A stretch of DNA of 64,000 bases from contig NW_005434663.1 of the NCBI RefSeq assembly GCF_000315625.1, positions 463,882 through 527,881 on the forward strand. Direction: 5' to 3'. Shown here one piece after another: positions 60,238 through 64,000 of this stretch. A model generated the notes under the pieces. That model was not told the DNA's origin. It ran no database searches and saw only the letters and a program-made list of their open reading frames with translations. Numbering within the stretch: position 1 is the stretch's first letter; each line of letters starts with the position of its first letter. A program made the position numbers and the translations under genes. The stretch is from Guillardia theta CCMP2712. Taxonomy: Eukaryota; Protista; Cryptophyta.

Positions 60238-62153
60238 AGATAAGTGGGAGTTGAGGAGGCAAGAAAAAGTAGGACGAATAGGAGGAAGAGCAGGAGAAGC
60301 AGGAGAATCAACGGCACAGCAACAAGATTGCTTGACCTCACCGCTTGAGGAAATGTAGGCATGGACCGAACCTTAGAGAAGGATGGCCTGCAAGGACCTG
60401 GAGGGTCGGGATAAGTGTGATGGGAGACCAGAGGGAAAGGAAGAAGACAACAGAACCAGGCAGGGCTCGCGATAAGTAGAAGTGGGGGGCTGGGTCGGCA
60501 TGTTGGTGGTTGTGGTGGAGCTGGAAGAGCTCCTGAGGTCATGAACGTCCGAGATGATGTGCAAGCGAGAGTTCTTGAAAAATGAAGTCACTGCAAGACG
60601 ACAAGAAGAGATGGGATGCGATGACTTGCAGCAGAGAGAGAGGAGGATCGAAGAAGGAGAAGGGAGGAAGGAGGGGGAAAGGAGGAGAAGATCGAAGAGA
60701 GGAGAGGAGAAAATGAGGAGAAGGGGAGCAGACGAGATCATCACCTGCAGCATCGACTGATGAACGAAGGGGCTGTCAATCCTCCCCTCCCTCTCCCTCC
60801 TCGTTGCGTCGAAGGTCTGGACCCATTCGGAGAGGATCTCAAGGTAGCCAATAAGGGAGTTTGCGGTGGGAGAGATGAGGTAGATCGGGGCGTTCTGGGA
60901 ACGTGGGTCAGAGCAGGGAGCAGGGAGCAGGCAGCCGGGAGAGGTAGCTCACCATGCCCGAGACTCCAAAGTCAGGGCACCACATTGACAGTGCTTCCAA
61001 CAGGTCGAGGGACGTTCCGCCTAGCGTGATCTGCCATCAGGTCAGGCTGGGCCCGGGGCCCTCCCGCCCTCCTCACCGGCATCAGCACGTTCCCGCCCTT
61101 CTGCAACGTGTTCTGGATCGCCTGCCCGATATCCCTGAAGGGCCACGCGGGAGGAGGAGGCTGGGTGACGCTCATGCCGGCCGGGGTGACCAGGCGATCG
61201 CTGGGGAGGAGGTCCCCGAAGATGGCGACGTTGACGTTCCTGCACACGAGTCAGCCCTGACGTTCTCGGGACATGTCGCTGCGTACCTCAAGCTATCAAA
61301 CCGAGGCGGAAGGGGAGTCCTAAGGGGAAAACCCATGGAGCATGCTCCGATCAAGGCAACCCTAGAAGCCGGTCAGTGTTGCCCTTCCCCCCCGCACATG
61401 CTCGTCACTTGCACTGTGGCTTCGAGAGCAACCAGAAGGAGGAGCCGAGGCAGTAGCCTGAGGGGTAGGGGGTGATCGCATATCCCTCCGACAGCGCCAG
61501 GGATTGTCCAAAATTCAAGCGCTTGACCCGGCTCATGCAGGACTCAACCTGCTGGGCAGTGTAGGGATCCCGTCCTGGCCCCATCTCAACAGATCCAGGC
61601 CCTTTGTACCATTCTCCTTCTCCTCCTTCAGACATCCCAGAGGAACCGAAGGAGCTCGTCGAGATGTACTGCGTCAGCTCCATCATCATCAGCTTTCCGA
61701 TCTCAGCAGTAGGCTCGGTGGCGATGACGGTCCCTTGGAACTTGGCTGATCCCTCGGTGAAGTAGGGCAGCCCGAGCATGTTGTGCGAGGTTGTGATGAC
61801 AACATAGTCGACTGTCGATGGATCCACTGCTCCGAGCTGAGACAAACAAGCGAACTGGTCACTCCTTCCCCCCCCCCTCCACAAGCCTTGCCTTACCTGA
61901 GCGGTGTGCAGCAGGCCTGAGGTAGAGGCTGCGCCGTTCACACGGACGTTGCCAGAACCATAAGCAACGGGAAAGAACTTGAGGCCCTGAGGCTCAAGAG
62001 GACAATCCAACAGGATGCGAGGCCCTTGAAGAGTGAAAGTCAAAGATGCGGGATGCAATGATTTCAGAGCAAGCTCATACCTGGTTGAACATCGATCAAG
62101 AGACAAGACGATGAGGGGCAGAGCCCGAGACATGTAACTTCCACGGTCGCCAT
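58523..62153 (-). CDS. INTS9: Integrator complex subunit 9-like (inactive MBL/beta-CASP fold), many exons; 3' end approximate
   Basis: ILLDCPL…FFP, VDYVVITTSHNMLGLPYFTE, ATEPTAEIGKLMMMEL, SGYCLGSSFW, TLQKGGNVLMP; lacks the HxHxDH motif. Confidence 0.82.
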
Positions 62154-62625
62154 TTCTCACTCCATGACCATAGGTGGCAAAATGAACGAGAGGCCGTATG
62201 TCGACTGTGAACCACGACAGAGGGAGGGCGAGGTAGGAGCTAGGCACACGTGAGGAATCCAAGGAGGAAGAGAGGAGGGAGGAGGGAGGAGGGAGGAGGA
62301 GTGACAAGGATCAGGGATCAGGGATCAGGGATCAGGAGGCAATGACTCGATGATTCAAGTCCGCACGCGACAACTCCGGCATGCCGGAAAGCGACGCCAT
62401 GGCAGAGAGGGAGTTGGTGAGTCCGCCTCAGACATCACCCTACCCTGTCGAACAAAAGGAGAACAGGGTGGTCTGTTTGTCGTACCTGGGTGGGTGGGGA
62501 CAGGTATAAACACTTATAGAGGGGTGGTATGGACTCAAAGGGGGGGTACATTCTCAGCTGAAATACAGGTTAGGGTACAGAAGAAGGGTAGGGTAGGGTG
62601 GTTGTTGACGGATCCCCCGATAGTC

Positions 62626-64000
62626 ATGGCTCGAGTGAAACCTGGCCCCTCCTCCTCCTCCTGCGTCGCCTTCCTAACCTCAATCTCGCCCTTATCTCCA
62701 TCCTCGCCTCCGTTGTCAGCTAGATCGTCCTCCTCGTCCTCATCACGCCTCTCCCCCTCTCCCTGTCCCTCTTCGGCTTCAGCCTTCCTGCCTTCGATTC
62801 CCAAGAAACCTTCAAATTCCGTTTGTTCATGTTATTTCGTTCAACCTCGGATCTTAGCACGATCCCCTTGTTACCGATCCTCTGTACTAGCTCATCACTT
62901 GTCTTCTTACTCTCTCATGCGAACTTCATCTGTGCCATTGTGGTTCAGGTGTGATTCTACACTCCCAAACATGGGCCCTCGATCAGCAAGTCCGTACGTT
63001 CCTTGCAGCCTTCCCCCCGAGGACCAACATCTCCCTGCACCTTCTTTGTTACCCGATTTCAAGCTGTCGCAAAGCACTCTGCAATCACTCGCACAGAGGC
63101 GTTTCACTTCCATGCCGCCAAGGCCAAGTGTGCGGCTTCGTCCGATGTTTCGCATTCCATGGGATGTTGATGTGCTGAGGAGAAGTCGAAGTGAAGCTTT
63201 CAGTGACTTCCATACCGAGATTTCTCATAGGGGACGAGAAGGACAAATGGAATGTCGTGTATGCTCCACTGCTTGTTTCGATGCTCCTCTTGTGAACAAT
63301 AAGAGCCAGGGGGAGGGTGAAAGGCAGAAGGATTCTTCTTTTGTTGGCCTCGTTTTCGGAGCCATCGTAATCGTCATGCTTGATGTAAGAAGAAGTTTAT
63401 GCGAAGAAGAGCAGAGTCCTCCGCAAGGACAGCTGATGAGCAAAGACAGCATCGAGAAGATTGCAACGCTGATCAATGCACTTGTTGACATGGACTACTT
63501 CACGGAAGAGGAGGAGCAGGAGATATTCGAGCATGCTGTCACGATGGTTCTGCAGGAAATAGAAAGAATTCTCCCACCTCCAGTGTTGCGATTGGTGATT
63601 CACTCAGATGATAAGGATGGGATTGATGAAGAGCATGCCGAGAGCATGAAGTGAGCATTCTATCTTGCTTCTCGTGATTGCTGTTAGGTGACTTGCTTGC
63701 TCTCAAGGTCGAGGCTGATTGAGTTTGTGAAGTGGAACATCAAAATTCCATACTTGGATGCGACTGACGAGGCCAGGGTTGTGACTGCTGTCTGCGCGGT
63801 AATCGTTGAGAGTCTGAAGAAAGGAAAGTCGTTCAAGAACGGTTTGCTTCCGAATACAAGAAAATATCTCCTTGATGGGATTTCTCTCAGTTGTTGAGCC
63901 CGTCAACAGCGGAGAGCTGATCATGGACGTCTTTGTGAAAGGAAGTGTTGGCCTCTTAGACAGGTTTGCTGACTCGTATACATCTGCTGCCTGACGATTT
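62626..64000 (+). CDS. Hypothetical protein, 5' part (continues beyond the window)
   Basis: Ser-rich N-terminus, then repeated helical units (LVDMDYFTEEEEQEIF; IKIPYLDATDEARVV) across short introns. Confidence 0.55.

Overview
Gene-dense eukaryotic nuclear DNA with many short (~45-60 nt) spliceosomal introns, signal-peptide/transit-peptide leaders on organellar proteins, ciliary genes and a small RWP-RK factor. This most resembles a cryptophyte alga of the Guillardia type (inference, not a database result). About 25 mostly multi-exon protein genes are present: CCDC115/Vma22, mitochondrial bL35, an ankyrin protein, an NPHP3-like DUF4062-NACHT-TPR protein, DapA, copine, two SAM methyltransferases, eEF3 and RsgA fragments flanking an assembly gap, IF3, RWP-RK, DUF4079, EFHC/Rib72, a PDR-type ABCG transporter and INTS9. 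Highlights: (1) a spliced gene apparently fusing OPR-like helical RNA-binding repeats to an RluA-family pseudouridine synthase (43.7-47.1 kb); (2) a Mutator-like transposon with 16-bp TIRs, a perfect 10-bp TSD and a 3'-truncated but DDE-intact, intron-containing transposase (30199-32639); (3) a conserved ~45-65 bp intergenic motif (…TGATTGTCCTCGTACTGATTTTTAACTTAACTTTGAGTAAA) in about ten copies beside GC-rich islands, forming nested inverted pairs at 51.9-52.7 kb; (4) IF3 apparently fused to a WHEP domain; (5) a block of direct repeats around a perfect hairpin at 39.9-40.3 kb. All exon structures were assembled by eye and are predictions.
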